A stretch of 64,000 nt of DNA from an uncultured Gammaproteobacteria bacterium (GTDB taxonomy: Bacteria > Patescibacteriota > Patescibacteriia > S139-126), in NCBI GenBank assembly GCA_964493305.1, contig CAZBLW010000002.1:142812-206811 (forward strand). Reading direction: 5' to 3'. Positions 38,238 to 49,010 of the stretch are shown here, one piece after another; the first letter of the stretch is position 1, and each line of letters begins with the position of its first letter. Both the position numbers and the translations under genes were made by a program. The notes under the pieces were generated by a model. That model saw only the letters and a list, made by a program, of their open reading frames with translations. It was not told where the DNA came from and searched no databases.

Positions 38238-39428
38238 ATGGCAGAAATGTTTGATCGTTCCAAGGAACACGTCAATGTTGGTACTATTGGTCACGTTGAC
38301 CATGGTAAAACAACTTTAACCGCTGCAATGTTGACTGTACTTGGTGCCAAGGGTTTTGCAGCCCAAACAAAAACCGTAGACCAAATTGACAACGCTCCCG
38401 AAGAAAAAGAGCGTGGTATTACTATTGCTACTGCTCACGTTGAATATCAAAGTGAGAAAAGACATTATGCACACGTTGACTGTCCCGGACACGCTGACTA
38501 CGTAAAAAATATGATTACCGGAGCGGCTCAAATGGATGGTGCTATTTTGGTAGTAGCAGCCACTGATGGTCCAATGCCTCAGACTCGTGAACACATCTTA
38601 CTTGCCAAGCAAGTCGGTGTGCCTTATATTGTCGTATTTTTAAACAAAACTGATCAAGTTGACGATCCTGAGTTGGTTGATTTGGTAGAAGAAGAGGTAA
38701 GAGATTTATTGAAAAAATATGAATTCCCTGGTGACAAAACTCCTATCATTAGAGGTAGTGCTTTGAAAGCTTTGGAAAATCCCAATGATGAAGCGGCTTC
38801 CAAGCCAATTATGGATTTGGTCAAAGCTTTGGATGAATATATTCCTACCCCGGTGAGAGAAATTGATAAACCATTTTTGATGCCAATTGAAGATATTTTC
38901 TCCATTGAAGGAAGAGGTACAGTTGTCACTGGTAGAATTGAACGTGGTATTGTTAAAGTCAATGAAGAAGTTGAAATCGTCGGACTCAGAGACACTCAAA
39001 AGACCACTGTCACTGGCGTGGAAATGTTTAACAAGACCTTAGACCAAGGTCAAGCTGGTGATAATGCCGGTATTTTGTTACGCGGTGTCAAAAAAGAAGA
39101 TGTTGAAAGAGGCCAAGTTTTATGCAAACCCGGTTCAATTACTCCTCATACTGAATTTGAAGCTGAAGTTTATATTTTATCCAAAGAAGAAGGTGGTAGA
39201 CACACTCCTTTCTTCAAAGGTTATAAACCACAGTTTTATATCAGAACTACTGATGTAACCGGTGATGTTATTTTGCCTGAAGGTACTGAGATGGTAATGC
39301 CCGGTGATACTGTCAATTTAAAGGTCACTTTGATTTCACCAGTTGCTATGGAAGAAAAAATGAGATTTGCTATTCGTGAAGGTGGTCGAACAGTAGGAGC
39401 TGGAGCAGTGACTAAGATTATAAAATAA
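38238..39428 (+). CDS. tuf: Elongation factor Tu
   Basis: [30 protein letters not shown]. Confidence 0.99.
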   Translation: MAEMFDRSKEHVNVGTIGHVDHGKTTLTAAMLTVLGAKGFAAQTKTVDQIDNAPEEKERGITIATAHVEYQSEKRHYAHVDCPGHADYVKNMITGAAQMDGAILVVAATDGPMPQTREHILLAKQVGVPYIVVFLNKTDQVDDPELVDLVEEEVRDLLKKYEFPGDKTPIIRGSALKALENPNDEAASKPIMDLVKALDEYIPTPVREIDKPFLMPIEDIFSIEGRGTVVTGRIERGIVKVNEEVEIVGLRDTQKTTVTGVEMFNKTLDQGQAGDNAGILLRGVKKEDVERGQVLCKPGSITPHTEFEAEVYILSKEEGGRHTPFFKGYKPQFYIRTTDVTGDVILPEGTEMVMPGDTVNLKVTLISPVAMEEKMRFAIREGGRTVGAGAVTKIIK

Positions 39429-39502
39429 TTGATTACACTAATTCCCGCCAAGTTATTTGGCGGGATTAACGTGGAATTAATAATAAAGAAATTGTTAAAA
39501 GT

Positions 39503-39856
39503 ATGACCGAACAAAAAACTAAGAAAGCCACACTGACCGGTGAAGAAGAGGTAAAACCCCGTATTCGTATCAAGATCAAGGCTTATGATCACAAAATTAT
39601 TGATCAAGCGGCCAAGAAAATTATTGAAACTGCGGAAAGAAATGGTTCGAGTGTAGTCGGCCCAGTACCATTGCCTACTGCCAAGAGAAAATTTACGGTA
39701 CTAAATTCCACATTTGTTCATAAAGATTCCCGTGACCAGTATGAAATGCGTATTCATAAGAGATTGATTGATATTAGTCAACCCAACGCTAAAACAGTTG
39801 AAGCACTGTCCAGTCTAAATTTACCAGCGGGAGTTGATATTGAAATAAAAATGTAA
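39503..39856 (+). CDS. rpsJ: 30S ribosomal protein S10
   Basis: [33 protein letters not shown]. Confidence 0.98.
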   Translation: MTEQKTKKATLTGEEEVKPRIRIKIKAYDHKIIDQAAKKIIETAERNGSSVVGPVPLPTAKRKFTVLNSTFVHKDSRDQYEMRIHKRLIDISQPNAKTVEALSSLNLPAGVDIEIKM

Positions 39857-39858
39857 CC

Positions 39859-40026
39859 CTATTGTCTGGTAAAGGTCCAACTTTGGAAACCTATCAGACC
39901 AATAGTTAGTTATATAAGAAAGGATTAACATTTTAAAAAAATTTGAGAACAATCAGGGTTTGTTTCTCAAAACCGATTCCGCGTTTACTTCTAAATTTTT
40001 TGGAATTAGACGTGGGAGCGGTTTTT
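39859..40026 (+). promoter_or_regulatory. Structured rpsJ-rplC intergenic region (three hairpins, the last followed by a U-tract)
   Basis: Stems at 39859-39905, 39942-39971 and 39969-40025. Confidence 0.5.
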
Positions 40027-40051
40027 ACTTATCCCAAGAAATAGCAAACAT

Positions 40052-40894
40052 ATGCAAGACAAATCAGAAAAATTTATTATCGGTCTAAAGCGTGGTATGA
40101 CCCAGCTATTTTTAGATAATGGTGAAGCTGTACCAGTGACGATGGTTGAGGCTGGTCCTTGCCAAGTAGTGCAAGTAAAGACCAAAGCCAATGACGGCTA
40201 CAGCGCCGTGCAGTTAAGTTTTGGTCAAAAACGTAAGTTGACCAAATCTTTATTGGGACATCTAAAAGGTTTATTGCCTGGCCGTTATTTAACTGAATTT
40301 AAAATAACTAGTGAAGAATTGGCAGCTAAACTCCAACGGGGTTTAGAAATCAAAACCGATAGTTTTAGTGAAGGTGATTTGGTTAAAGTTGTAGGTACCA
40401 GTAAGGGTAAAGGTTTTCAAGGTGTAGTTAGACGACACGGCTTTCACGGAAGTCCAGCAACTCATGGTCATAAAGATCAATTACGGATGCCTGGTTCTAT
40501 TGGTGCTGGCGGTGTGCAACATGTCTTTAAAGGTACTAAAATGGGCGGACGCATGGGTCATGATCAAGTAACCGTAGCCAATTTGCAGATTGTAAAAATT
40601 GATTCAGAGAATAATTTATTATATCTTAAGGGAGCTGTACCGGGAATTCGGGGTGGTATGATCAAGATAATTGGTAGTGGTGAATTAAAATTACATCAAC
40701 CAAACACTACCCAAATAGCTGATCAACCAGCTGCGGCTGCTACAACTGATACCAAAGTTGCTGAAGAAAAACCAGTTGTTGATTCAGCGACTATAACCGC
40801 TGATACCAAAGTTGAATCAACCCCAACTCCAGAGGTCAATCAACCAAGTGATAAACCGGAAGTTGTTACCAATACCGAATCAATTGAAAAATAG
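40052..40894 (+). CDS. rplC: 50S ribosomal protein L3 (with C-terminal extension)
   Basis: K.GMTQ, SKGKGFQGVVRRH, RMPGSIG, GAVPG. Confidence 0.98.
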   Translation: MQDKSEKFIIGLKRGMTQLFLDNGEAVPVTMVEAGPCQVVQVKTKANDGYSAVQLSFGQKRKLTKSLLGHLKGLLPGRYLTEFKITSEELAAKLQRGLEIKTDSFSEGDLVKVVGTSKGKGFQGVVRRHGFHGSPATHGHKDQLRMPGSIGAGGVQHVFKGTKMGGRMGHDQVTVANLQIVKIDSENNLLYLKGAVPGIRGGMIKIIGSGELKLHQPNTTQIADQPAAAATTDTKVAEEKPVVDSATITADTKVESTPTPEVNQPSDKPEVVTNTESIEK

Positions 40895-40897
40895 TTT

Positions 40898-41536
40898 ATG
40901 ACAGATATTAAAATATACAATCAATCTGGAAAAGAAATTAAAAGCGCAACTTTGTCAGTGCAAGTTTTTGGAGTAGAAGTAAAACCAGCTTTGGTAGCTG
41001 AAGTGGCTGTTGCCCTGTCAGCTAACCAACGACAGCCCTTGGCTCATACCAAAGGTAGGAGCGAGGTAAGAGGTGGCGGTCGCAAGCCGTGGAAACAAAA
41101 AGGGACTGGACGGGCCAGACACGGTTCAATCAGATCACCTTTGTGGATTGGCGGTGGTGTTACTTTTGGACCAACTAATAATCAAAATTTTACCAAAAAA
41201 ATAAATAAAAAAGTTAAAGCCCAAGCTATCCGAATGGTACTAACCGATCGGGCTAAACAGAACAATTTAATAATTTTTGATGATTTAAAATTTTCCGATA
41301 TAAAAACCAAAGCTGTGGCTGATTGGTTGCAAATAAAACCATTGGCCAATAAAAAAGTTTTGTTGGTTTTAGAGCGTTTTGATAAAAATATTGATAGATC
41401 TGCCCGCAATTTGCCCCAGGTCCAGGTTACCACTTTAGACAGTTTGAATTTATTGTCTTTGCTGGCTTATCCTTATTTGGTTATGACCGAGTCTACTTTG
41501 GAAAAATTAGTCAAAAAGTATAGCAATTCCATATGA
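40898..41536 (+). CDS. rplD: 50S ribosomal protein L4
   Basis: RSEVRGGGRKPWKQKGTGRARHGS. Confidence 0.98.
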   Translation: MTDIKIYNQSGKEIKSATLSVQVFGVEVKPALVAEVAVALSANQRQPLAHTKGRSEVRGGGRKPWKQKGTGRARHGSIRSPLWIGGGVTFGPTNNQNFTKKINKKVKAQAIRMVLTDRAKQNNLIIFDDLKFSDIKTKAVADWLQIKPLANKKVLLVLERFDKNIDRSARNLPQVQVTTLDSLNLLSLLAYPYLVMTESTLEKLVKKYSNSI

Positions 41537-41955
41537 GTATAAAAGATTTATTTACTAAACAAGATCAAACTCAGCAGTCAAAGGTTAAACCAGTAACTGC
41601 TAAGTCAGCTAATGTACCGGCCAAAAAATCTGAGTCAGCTGGGGAAGTTGCTATGTCTAAAAAGATAGCCGCTATGTCTCATCGGGTTTTAATTAAACCA
41701 TTGGTTACAGAAAAAGGAGCTAAACAAACTGAACAGAATAAATATTTTTTTATGGTAGCACCGCAAGCCAATAAAGTTATGATTAAACAAGCCATGATGG
41801 AAACTTATGGTATCAAACCGCAAACCGTAAATATTTTACAGGTAAAGGGTAAAAAGGTTAAATTTGGTCGTCGCGAAGGTATGCGCAAAGATTGGAAAAA
41901 AGCGATTATCACCCTACCTGCCGGCAAGAGTATTGATGTATATAAAGGAGTATAA
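41533..41955 (+). CDS. rplW: 50S ribosomal protein L23 (with N-terminal extension)
   Basis: PLVTEK, WKKAIITL. Confidence 0.97.
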   Translation: MSIKDLFTKQDQTQQSKVKPVTAKSANVPAKKSESAGEVAMSKKIAAMSHRVLIKPLVTEKGAKQTEQNKYFFMVAPQANKVMIKQAMMETYGIKPQTVNILQVKGKKVKFGRREGMRKDWKKAIITLPAGKSIDVYKGV

Positions 41956-41956
41956 T

Positions 41957-42790
41957 ATGGCAATAATTAAATACAAACCAACTTCAGCAGGTCGTCGTAT
42001 TTCCTCGGTTAATAAACAGGTATTAGTTAAAGCTGATTTAAAAAAGTTGAAAGTTAAAAAAATCAGAACTACTGGTCGCAACAACCAAGGAAAAATTACT
42101 ATTCGTCATCGGGGTGGTGGAGTTAAGCAGCATTATCGGGTAGTTGATTTCAAGCGAGATAAGTTTGATATACCAGCCAGAGTTATTGAATTGTGTTATG
42201 ATCCGAATCGCAGCGCCAATTTGGCACTCTTGCAGTATGCTGATGGAGTAAAAACTTATATTGTAGCTCCAGATGGTTTACAAGCTGGTCAAAAAGTAAT
42301 AGCAAGTCAAAATAGTGTGGAAATAAAGATTGGCAATAACCTGCCGTTACGATTTATTCCTGATGGACAAGCTATCAACAATGTTGAACTTTATACTGGA
42401 GGTGGTGCCAAACTAGGACGATCGGCTGGAAATATGATTGTTTTGATGGCCAAAGAAAACGGCTTTGCTCAATTGAAGATGCCTTCGGGCGAAGTTCGTT
42501 TAGTACCTGATAATTGTCGTGCTACAATTGGTTCAGTAAGTAATACCGAACATCGTAATGTGCGTTGGGGAAAAGCCGGCCGGACACGTTATCGCAATAT
42601 TAAACCAACTGTCAGAGGTAAAGCGATGAATCCGGTTGATCATCCTCATGGTGGTGGTGAAGGTAATCAACCAATTGGCTTGAAACATCCTAAGACTCCT
42701 TGGGGTAAACCAGCTTTGGGAGTTAAGACCAGGAAACAAAAACACAGTGATCGTTTAATTATCAAAAGAAGAGTAGCTAAGAAAAAATAA
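41957..42790 (+). CDS. rplB: 50S ribosomal protein L2
   Basis: [29 protein letters not shown]; ATG at 41957. Confidence 0.98.
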   Translation: MAIIKYKPTSAGRRISSVNKQVLVKADLKKLKVKKIRTTGRNNQGKITIRHRGGGVKQHYRVVDFKRDKFDIPARVIELCYDPNRSANLALLQYADGVKTYIVAPDGLQAGQKVIASQNSVEIKIGNNLPLRFIPDGQAINNVELYTGGGAKLGRSAGNMIVLMAKENGFAQLKMPSGEVRLVPDNCRATIGSVSNTEHRNVRWGKAGRTRYRNIKPTVRGKAMNPVDHPHGGGEGNQPIGLKHPKTPWGKPALGVKTRKQKHSDRLIIKRRVAKKK

Positions 42791-42798
42791 TAAATTAT

Positions 42799-43098
42799 AT
42801 GAGTAGAAGTTTAAAAAAAGGACCATTTATTGATGATAAGCTATTGAAAAAGATAGCCAAAGCAAAACAGAGCGGTGATAAAAAACCGATCAAGACTTGG
42901 TCAAGAGATTCAATGATTGTACCAGAAATGGTAGGTTTTAATTTAGCCGTTCACAATGGTAAAAATCACTTACCAGTTTTTATAGTAGAAAATATGGTTG
43001 GTCATAAGCTAGGTGAATTTGCTCCAACCAGAAAATTTTATAAACACGGTGGTAAAATGCAAAAAGAACAAGAGAAGGCCGCCACTGAAACCAAATAA
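42799..43098 (+). CDS. rpsS: 30S ribosomal protein S19
   Basis: [23 protein letters not shown]. Confidence 0.99.
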   Translation: MSRSLKKGPFIDDKLLKKIAKAKQSGDKKPIKTWSRDSMIVPEMVGFNLAVHNGKNHLPVFIVENMVGHKLGEFAPTRKFYKHGGKMQKEQEKAATETK

Positions 43099-43101
43099 TA
43101 T

Positions 43102-43647
43102 ATGAGTCAAACAACCGTTAAAGCAGTATTAAAATATTCTCGTTTATCTCCTCGTAAAGCCCGGATGATAGCTACTTTAGTGCGCGGTAAAAAAGCCACT
43201 GTAGCTGAAGCCCAACTCAAATGGCGCGCCGGAAAAGTTGCTCCGATATTGTTGAAGTTGTTACAAAGCGCTATGGCCAATGCTGTTCACAATTTTAAAT
43301 TGGAAAAAGAAGGTTTGGTTATTAAATCACTGACCGTGGATAGTGGCCCAGTTTTAAAAAGATATACCCCCAAGGCTTTTGGTCGAGCAACACCGATTAG
43401 AAAACCAACTAGCCATATTAATATTGTTTTAATTAGTACCAAAGAACCGGTTAAAAAAGATAAAGTCACAGCGGAACAAGACAAGTCAAAGCAGGTAGGT
43501 GAAAAAAAAGCAGATAATCAAACGGTAACAAATAAAAAAGTAGATAAAAAAATAAGCAAAAAAGATAAACCAGTAACGACAGCACCAGCTGGCAAAAAAT
43601 TAACTGCCAACAAACCAATTAGCAAAACTACTAAGCAAAAAGTTTAA
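43102..43647 (+). CDS. rplV: 50S ribosomal protein L22 (with Lys-rich C-terminal extension)
   Basis: SPRKAR, SAMANA, KPTSHI. Confidence 0.97.
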   Translation: MSQTTVKAVLKYSRLSPRKARMIATLVRGKKATVAEAQLKWRAGKVAPILLKLLQSAMANAVHNFKLEKEGLVIKSLTVDSGPVLKRYTPKAFGRATPIRKPTSHINIVLISTKEPVKKDKVTAEQDKSKQVGEKKADNQTVTNKKVDKKISKKDKPVTTAPAGKKLTANKPISKTTKQKV

Positions 43648-43658
43648 AGTAATATTAT

Positions 43659-44324
43659 ATGGGACAGAAAGTAAATCCAAAAATATTTCGTACTAATATC
43701 ATTTTTTCCTGGTCATCTAAATGGTTTAGTCAACACAATTATGCTGAAAATCTGCAGCAGGATATTAAGTTGCGAAAATTTTTACGTAATAAATTGAAAG
43801 AAGCAGCTTTAGCTAAAATCGAAATTGAGCGTTCAGTAGGCAAGTTGGATATAAATTTATATACCGCTAAACCAGGTTTAATTATTGGTAAAGGCGGTAA
43901 AGCAGTGGAGGATTTGAAAAAAGAGCTACAGCAAAAGATAATTCATAACCCTAAATTGCAGATTAATATCAATATCAAAGAAGTAGATAAGCCCAACTTA
44001 TCGGCGGAAATAATGGTTCAACAGATGGCTCAAGAAATTGAAAAGCGGGTTCCATTTAGACGAGTAATGAAACGTACTATTGATATGATTTTGAAAGCTG
44101 GAGCTAAAGGTGTGAAAGTGCAGGTATCCGGTCGATTGAACGGTGCTGAAATTGCTCGTACGGAAACATTAGCGGAGGGAAAAATTCCTTTACATACCAT
44201 GCGTGCCAATATTGATTATTCTCGCGGTGTCGCAGTTACTACTTATGGTACTATTGGTATTAAAGTTTGGATTTATACCGGCGAAGTATTTAAAGCCAAA
44301 GAACAAGAAATAAACAATAATTAA
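43659..44324 (+). CDS. rpsC: 30S ribosomal protein S3
   Basis: [29 protein letters not shown]. Confidence 0.99.
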   Translation: MGQKVNPKIFRTNIIFSWSSKWFSQHNYAENLQQDIKLRKFLRNKLKEAALAKIEIERSVGKLDINLYTAKPGLIIGKGGKAVEDLKKELQQKIIHNPKLQININIKEVDKPNLSAEIMVQQMAQEIEKRVPFRRVMKRTIDMILKAGAKGVKVQVSGRLNGAEIARTETLAEGKIPLHTMRANIDYSRGVAVTTYGTIGIKVWIYTGEVFKAKEQEINNN

Positions 44325-44325
44325 T

Positions 44326-44736
44326 ATGTTAGCACCAAAAAAAGTAAAACATAGAAAATGGCAACGAGGACGTATCCGGGGTAATGCTACTAGCGGTGAC
44401 CGTTTACATTTTGGTAGTTTTGGTTTAAAATCTCAGGAACCACGTTGGGTTAGTTCTAGACAAATTGAAGCTGCTAGACGAGCGATGACTAGATATGTAC
44501 AAAGAGGAGCAAAAATTTGGATTAGAATTTTTCCTGATAAACCTATTACCAGCAAAGGCAATGAAATTCCTATGGGTAAAGGTAAAGGGGCACCTGATCA
44601 TTTTGTAGCCGTAGTTAAGCCCGGCACTATGATTTTTGAAATGGAAGGCATTGATGAAAAGACCGCTCGAGAAGCGATGAGATTGGCTGCTCATAAATTG
44701 CCTTGTAAAACCAAGTTTGTGACCAAGAATTTATAA
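44326..44736 (+). CDS. rplP: 50S ribosomal protein L16
   Basis: [23 protein letters not shown]. Confidence 0.99.
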   Translation: MLAPKKVKHRKWQRGRIRGNATSGDRLHFGSFGLKSQEPRWVSSRQIEAARRAMTRYVQRGAKIWIRIFPDKPITSKGNEIPMGKGKGAPDHFVAVVKPGTMIFEMEGIDEKTAREAMRLAAHKLPCKTKFVTKNL

Positions 44737-44740
44737 AAAT

Positions 44741-44971
44741 ATGGATTTAAAAGAATTAAAAACTAAAAGCATAGCAGAATTGCAAAAGTTATTGTCCGAA
44801 GAACGGGCCCGATGGCGAGATTTGCGTTTTCAGGTAGCCGCCGAGCAGCATAAACAAGTTCACGAACTGAAACAGAGTCGCTTGACTATTGCTCGGATTT
44901 TGACTTTATTGAAACAGTTGCATAAAGATTCATCTCAAGTTAAAACTGAGTCCAATAAAACGGAAAAATAA
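44741..44971 (+). CDS. rpmC: 50S ribosomal protein L29
   Basis: Operon position; LRFQ...IARILT. Confidence 0.95.
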   Translation: MDLKELKTKSIAELQKLLSEERARWRDLRFQVAAEQHKQVHELKQSRLTIARILTLLKQLHKDSSQVKTESNKTEK

Positions 44972-44991
44972 TTTAACTATAATTAATCAAT

Positions 44992-45267
44992 ATGGTAGAA
45001 GAAAAAAATACAAATGAGAAAAAGATGGTTAGAAGTTTTACTGGTACCGTAGTTTCAGCGGCAATGGATAAAACCGTAGTAGTGCAGGTAGCTGATATTA
45101 AGATTCATCCCAAATATCGCAAACGTTATCAAGTTTCCAAAAAATATCACGCTCATGATGCAAAGAATGAATATCAAGTTGGTGACGAGGTTGTGATTGT
45201 AGAAGTTAGGCCAATGGCCAAAACCAAAAAATGGCGAGTAGTAAGTAAAATAAATAAACAAGTATGA
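44992..45267 (+). CDS. rpsQ: 30S ribosomal protein S17
   Basis: [25 protein letters not shown]. Confidence 0.98.
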   Translation: MVEEKNTNEKKMVRSFTGTVVSAAMDKTVVVQVADIKIHPKYRKRYQVSKKYHAHDAKNEYQVGDEVVIVEVRPMAKTKKWRVVSKINKQV

Positions 45268-45635
45268 TTCAAGTCGGAACAAGATTAAAAGTAGCTGATA
45301 ATTCTGGTGCCCGCGAGGTCCAGTGTATTAGAATTTTAGGCGCCTCTTATCGACGTTATGCCGGTATTGGTGATTTGATAATTGTGGCGACTAAAAATGC
45401 CCAACCCCATTCACAAGTTAAAAAAGGCGAAGTCCTAACAGCAGTAGTGGTGAGAACTAAACAAAGTATTAAACGCAAAGATGGTTCTGCCTTGCGCTTT
45501 GATGAAAACGCCGTGGTGATTATTGATAAAAAATCCAAGGAACCCAAAGCGTCACGTATTTTTGGACCAGTGGCTAGAGAATTACGCAATAAAGGTTTTA
45601 TGAAAATTATATCATTAGCACCTGAAGTATTATAA
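45264..45635 (+). CDS. rplN: 50S ribosomal protein L14
   Basis: [22 protein letters not shown]. Confidence 0.99.
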   Translation: MIQVGTRLKVADNSGAREVQCIRILGASYRRYAGIGDLIIVATKNAQPHSQVKKGEVLTAVVVRTKQSIKRKDGSALRFDENAVVIIDKKSKEPKASRIFGPVARELRNKGFMKIISLAPEVL

Positions 45636-45639
45636 ATAT

Positions 45640-45948
45640 ATGAAATTCAAAAAGAATGACAATGTCAAAGTAATAGTCGGTAAAGATAAGGGTAAACAAG
45701 GTAAAATTACCCAGGTCTTTCCGGTGGAGAAAAAAGTTGTCGTAGAAGGTGTAAATGTGGCCAAAAAACATCTGCGTCCTCGTAAACAAGGCGAAGGCGG
45801 TCAGGTAATAGAATTTTTTGCTCCGTTATTGATCAATAAAGTTCAATTAGTTTGTCCCAAGTGTGGTAAGTTAACCAGAATTGGAATCAATATCACACCA
45901 GAAGGCAAAAAAACCAGAGTTTGTAAAAAATGTAAAGCTAGTATTTAA
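45640..45948 (+). CDS. rplX: 50S ribosomal protein L24
   Basis: KOW motif GKDKGKQG; two CxxC motifs. Confidence 0.98.
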   Translation: MKFKKNDNVKVIVGKDKGKQGKITQVFPVEKKVVVEGVNVAKKHLRPRKQGEGGQVIEFFAPLLINKVQLVCPKCGKLTRIGINITPEGKKTRVCKKCKASI

Positions 45949-45950
45949 AT

Positions 45951-46493
45951 ATGAATAAATTACAACAAGAATTTAATAAAACCATCAGACCAGCTTTGTT
46001 TAAAGAATTGGGTTTAAAAAGTATTATGGCTGTACCACGTTTGCAAAAAGTTATCTTGAACGTGGGTGTGGGCAAAGGATTGAAAGATGAAAAATATGTT
46101 GACGCAGTTGAATCGACCATTGTACGTATCACTGGTCAAAAACCAGTTCGTACCAAAGCCAAAAAATCAATTGCCGCTTTCAAAATTAGAGAAGGCAATA
46201 CCGTTGGTTTAAAAGTAACTTTACGAGGTCGGAGAATGTACGATTTTGTTGAAAAATTGATCAATGTTAGTTTACCTCGGGTACGTGATTTTCAGGGATT
46301 GAAAACCAACAGTTTTGATGGACAGGGTAATTATACTTTGGGTATTAAGGAACACATAATTTTTCCTGAGATAAAAGCTGATGAGGTAGAAAATTTACAT
46401 GGTTTAGAAATAATTATTGTTACTTCTACTGACCAGGATGAATTAGCTAAAAAATTGTTGACAGCATTACATTTTCCTTTTAATAAAAAATAA
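45951..46493 (+). CDS. rplE: 50S ribosomal protein L5
   Basis: ITGQKP, FKIREG, LPRVRDF. Confidence 0.99.
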   Translation: MNKLQQEFNKTIRPALFKELGLKSIMAVPRLQKVILNVGVGKGLKDEKYVDAVESTIVRITGQKPVRTKAKKSIAAFKIREGNTVGLKVTLRGRRMYDFVEKLINVSLPRVRDFQGLKTNSFDGQGNYTLGIKEHIIFPEIKADEVENLHGLEIIIVTSTDQDELAKKLLTALHFPFNKK

Positions 46494-46497
46494 ATTT

Positions 46498-46692
46498 ATG
46501 GCTACGAAAGCACAAATTGCTAAATCAAATAGATCAATTACTAAACCAAAATTTTCCACCCGAGTGGTTCGACGTTGTTGGCGTTGCGGTCGTAAACGTT
46601 CTTATATGCGTGATTTTAAGATATGCCGCATTTGTTTTAGAGAGTTAGCCGCCAAAGGTGATTTACCAGGAGTTACTAAAAGTAGTTGGTAG
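46498..46692 (+). CDS. rpsN: 30S ribosomal protein S14 (zinc-binding type Z)
   Basis: RCWRCGR...ICRICFRE...PGVTKSSW. Confidence 0.97.
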   Translation: MATKAQIAKSNRSITKPKFSTRVVRRCWRCGRKRSYMRDFKICRICFRELAAKGDLPGVTKSSW

Positions 46693-46732
46693 TTTATAAA
46701 TTAAAGAATAAATTAAATTTAAAAGATTCAAT

Positions 46733-47119
46733 ATGACAGATCCTATCGCAGATATGCTTACCAGAATTAGAAACGCTTTGCGCGTAAATAAAAGCGAAGT
46801 AACTATCCCTTACTCAAAATTGAAGGTAAGAATTGCCGAAATTTTGAAAAACGAAGGGTATATTAGTAGTTACAGTGAACAGATAGAAAATCGTCAATTA
46901 AAGTTAAAATTGAAATATCAATCTGATGGTCGATCAGCTATAAATTCGTTGCGCCGAATTTCCAAACCAGGCAGACGAGTTTATTGTCAGGCTGACAAAT
47001 TACCTAGAGTATTGAATAATTTAGGTATTGCTATCATATCTACTCCTGCCGGTTTAATGACTGTTGCTGATGCGAAAAAGAATAAAATTGGCGGAGAAAT
47101 TATTTGTGAAATATATTAA
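46733..47119 (+). CDS. rpsH: 30S ribosomal protein S8
   Basis: DPIADMLTRIRNA, SKPGRRVY. Confidence 0.99.
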   Translation: MTDPIADMLTRIRNALRVNKSEVTIPYSKLKVRIAEILKNEGYISSYSEQIENRQLKLKLKYQSDGRSAINSLRRISKPGRRVYCQADKLPRVLNNLGIAIISTPAGLMTVADAKKNKIGGEIICEIY

Positions 47120-47121
47120 TT

Positions 47122-47667
47122 ATGAGCAGATTAGCCAAAAAACCAATTATTATACCCAGCGGAGTAACAGTTGCAATTTCCGATAAGTTATACGTGGTCA
47201 AAGGTCCCAAAGGTGAGCTATCCAAACCTAAGGTACCTAAAGTTAAAATAGAACAAACTGAGCAACAGCTTGTTTTACAAGTTGCTAATTTGGAAAAAAG
47301 TGAAGAACGCGCTTTCTTGGGCACAGCGGTGCGGGTGATACAAAATATGATTATCGGTGTTACCCAAGGTTATACTAAAAAGTTAGAAATAAATGGTGTT
47401 GGTTATCGAGCAGAAATGAAGGGAAAAAATTTAGTATTGAATGTTGGTTATTCGCACCCGGTTGAGTTTAAGGAAACACCAGGTATTACTTTGCAAGTTG
47501 AAAAAAATGTTATTACCGTTAGTGGTATTGATAAGGTATTAGTCGGTCAAGTGGCTGCCAATATTAGAAAAATAAGAAAACCCGAGCCTTATAAAGGAAA
47601 AGGTATTAAATATAGTGATGAGGTTATTATTCGTAAAGAAGGCAAACAAGTTAAAGCTCAAGCTTAA
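47122..47667 (+). CDS. rplF: 50S ribosomal protein L6
   Basis: KGPKGEL, GVGYRA, PEPYKGKGI. Confidence 0.99.
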   Translation: MSRLAKKPIIIPSGVTVAISDKLYVVKGPKGELSKPKVPKVKIEQTEQQLVLQVANLEKSEERAFLGTAVRVIQNMIIGVTQGYTKKLEINGVGYRAEMKGKNLVLNVGYSHPVEFKETPGITLQVEKNVITVSGIDKVLVGQVAANIRKIRKPEPYKGKGIKYSDEVIIRKEGKQVKAQA

Positions 47668-47677
47668 ATAAAATTTT

Positions 47678-48016
47678 ATGTTAAAGAAACAATTATTAAG
47701 AAAACATCGACACAATCGAGTACGAGCCAAAGTTAAGGGTACAAACCAAAGACCTAGGTTGGTGGTTTTTCGTAGCTTAAAGCACATCGAAGTTCAAGTT
47801 ATTGATGACACTAAAGGCGTGACTATTTTGTCTAGCCGTGATTTAAAAATGAAAGGAGCTAAGTTATTAAGGGCGGAAAAAATTGGTACCGAAATTGCCA
47901 AAGCTTGTTTAGCTAAAAAAATAACCACAGTAGTTTTTGATCGCAATGGTTATAAATTTCAAGGCAGAGTCAAAGCGTTAGCTGAAGCTGCTCGTAAGGA
48001 AGGATTAATTTTTTAA
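47678..48016 (+). CDS. rplR: 50S ribosomal protein L18
   Basis: RPRLVVFRS, VVFDRNGY. Confidence 0.98.
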   Translation: MLKKQLLRKHRHNRVRAKVKGTNQRPRLVVFRSLKHIEVQVIDDTKGVTILSSRDLKMKGAKLLRAEKIGTEIAKACLAKKITTVVFDRNGYKFQGRVKALAEAARKEGLIF

Positions 48017-48021
48017 TATTT

Positions 48022-48537
48022 ATGGTGAATAAAACTGACAACAAAAAAAATAATAAACCGGTTGAGATAGTTAAATCAGCTGAAGAGTTTGAGCAAAAAA
48101 TTATTGATCTAGCCAGAGTCACTAGAGTAATGGCTGGTGGTAAGCGTATGCGTTTTCGCGCTTGTGTAGTTATTGGCAACAAACGCGGTCAAATTGGTTA
48201 TGCTATTGCTAAGGGAGCCGATGTTACTTTAGCGGTCAATAAAGCCGTGGCCAAAGCTAAAAAGCATTTGTTGACAGTCAATATCTATCAGGAAACTATT
48301 CCTCATGAAGTTAGGTTGAAATACAAAGCGGCTAACATCATTTTAAAACCAGCACCATTGGGAACCGGAGTAAAAGCCGGTGGAGCTGTTCGAGAAGTTT
48401 TGGCTTTATCAGGTATTCCCAATGTCGTGGCCAAAATTTTAGGTTCAAACAACAAAATCAATAACGTCAAAGCTACCTTTTTGGCATTACAAAGTTTGAA
48501 AAAATCTTCTGGCAATAGACAACTAACAGATAAATAA
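48022..48537 (+). CDS. rpsE: 30S ribosomal protein S5
   Basis: RVTRVMAGG, PAPLGTGVKAGG. Confidence 0.98.
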   Translation: MVNKTDNKKNNKPVEIVKSAEEFEQKIIDLARVTRVMAGGKRMRFRACVVIGNKRGQIGYAIAKGADVTLAVNKAVAKAKKHLLTVNIYQETIPHEVRLKYKAANIILKPAPLGTGVKAGGAVREVLALSGIPNVVAKILGSNNKINNVKATFLALQSLKKSSGNRQLTDK

Positions 48538-48542
48538 TTTTT

Positions 48543-49004
48543 ATGTTGACTTTAAATAATTTAGTAAAAACTACTCCCAAAAAATCCAAACGTTTAGGCC
48601 GTGGAAACGCTAGTCGGGGCAATTATTCGGGTCGCGGTATGAAAGGACAAAAGGCAAGAAGCGGTGTGGGTGGTTTGAAACAGAAAGGTATTAAATCTTG
48701 GTTGATGAAAGTACCAAAGAATCGAGGTTTTGCCAGTCCCAATTTAGCCAAAGAAAATGTATCATTACAACAGTTAGAAATTCATTTTTCTGACGGTGAT
48801 AAGGTAACTCCATTTATCCTTAAACGTAAAGGCTTAATCGATAATCATAAGGCTGGGATCAAGATAATAGGTAATGGCAAGTTAACAAAAAAATTGACTG
48901 TCCAGGTACACGCACTAAGTGCCAATGCCAAACAGGTCATTACCAAAGCCGGAGGTAGTGTTGAATTGATAGTTAAGAAAAAAATTGAAAAAAAATCTAA
49001 ATAA
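48543..49004 (+). CDS. rplO: 50S ribosomal protein L15
   Basis: RLGRG, GRGMKGQKARSG, ITKAGG. Confidence 0.97.
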   Translation: MLTLNNLVKTTPKKSKRLGRGNASRGNYSGRGMKGQKARSGVGGLKQKGIKSWLMKVPKNRGFASPNLAKENVSLQQLEIHFSDGDKVTPFILKRKGLIDNHKAGIKIIGNGKLTKKLTVQVHALSANAKQVITKAGGSVELIVKKKIEKKSK

Positions 49005-49010
49005 TTTCTT

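Noticed and set aside
35194-48515. Many short alternative-frame and antisense ORFs across the ribosomal cluster (e.g. 36982-37452, 39236-39607)
   Set aside because: Shadow ORFs of conserved genes with no motifs or independent signals.
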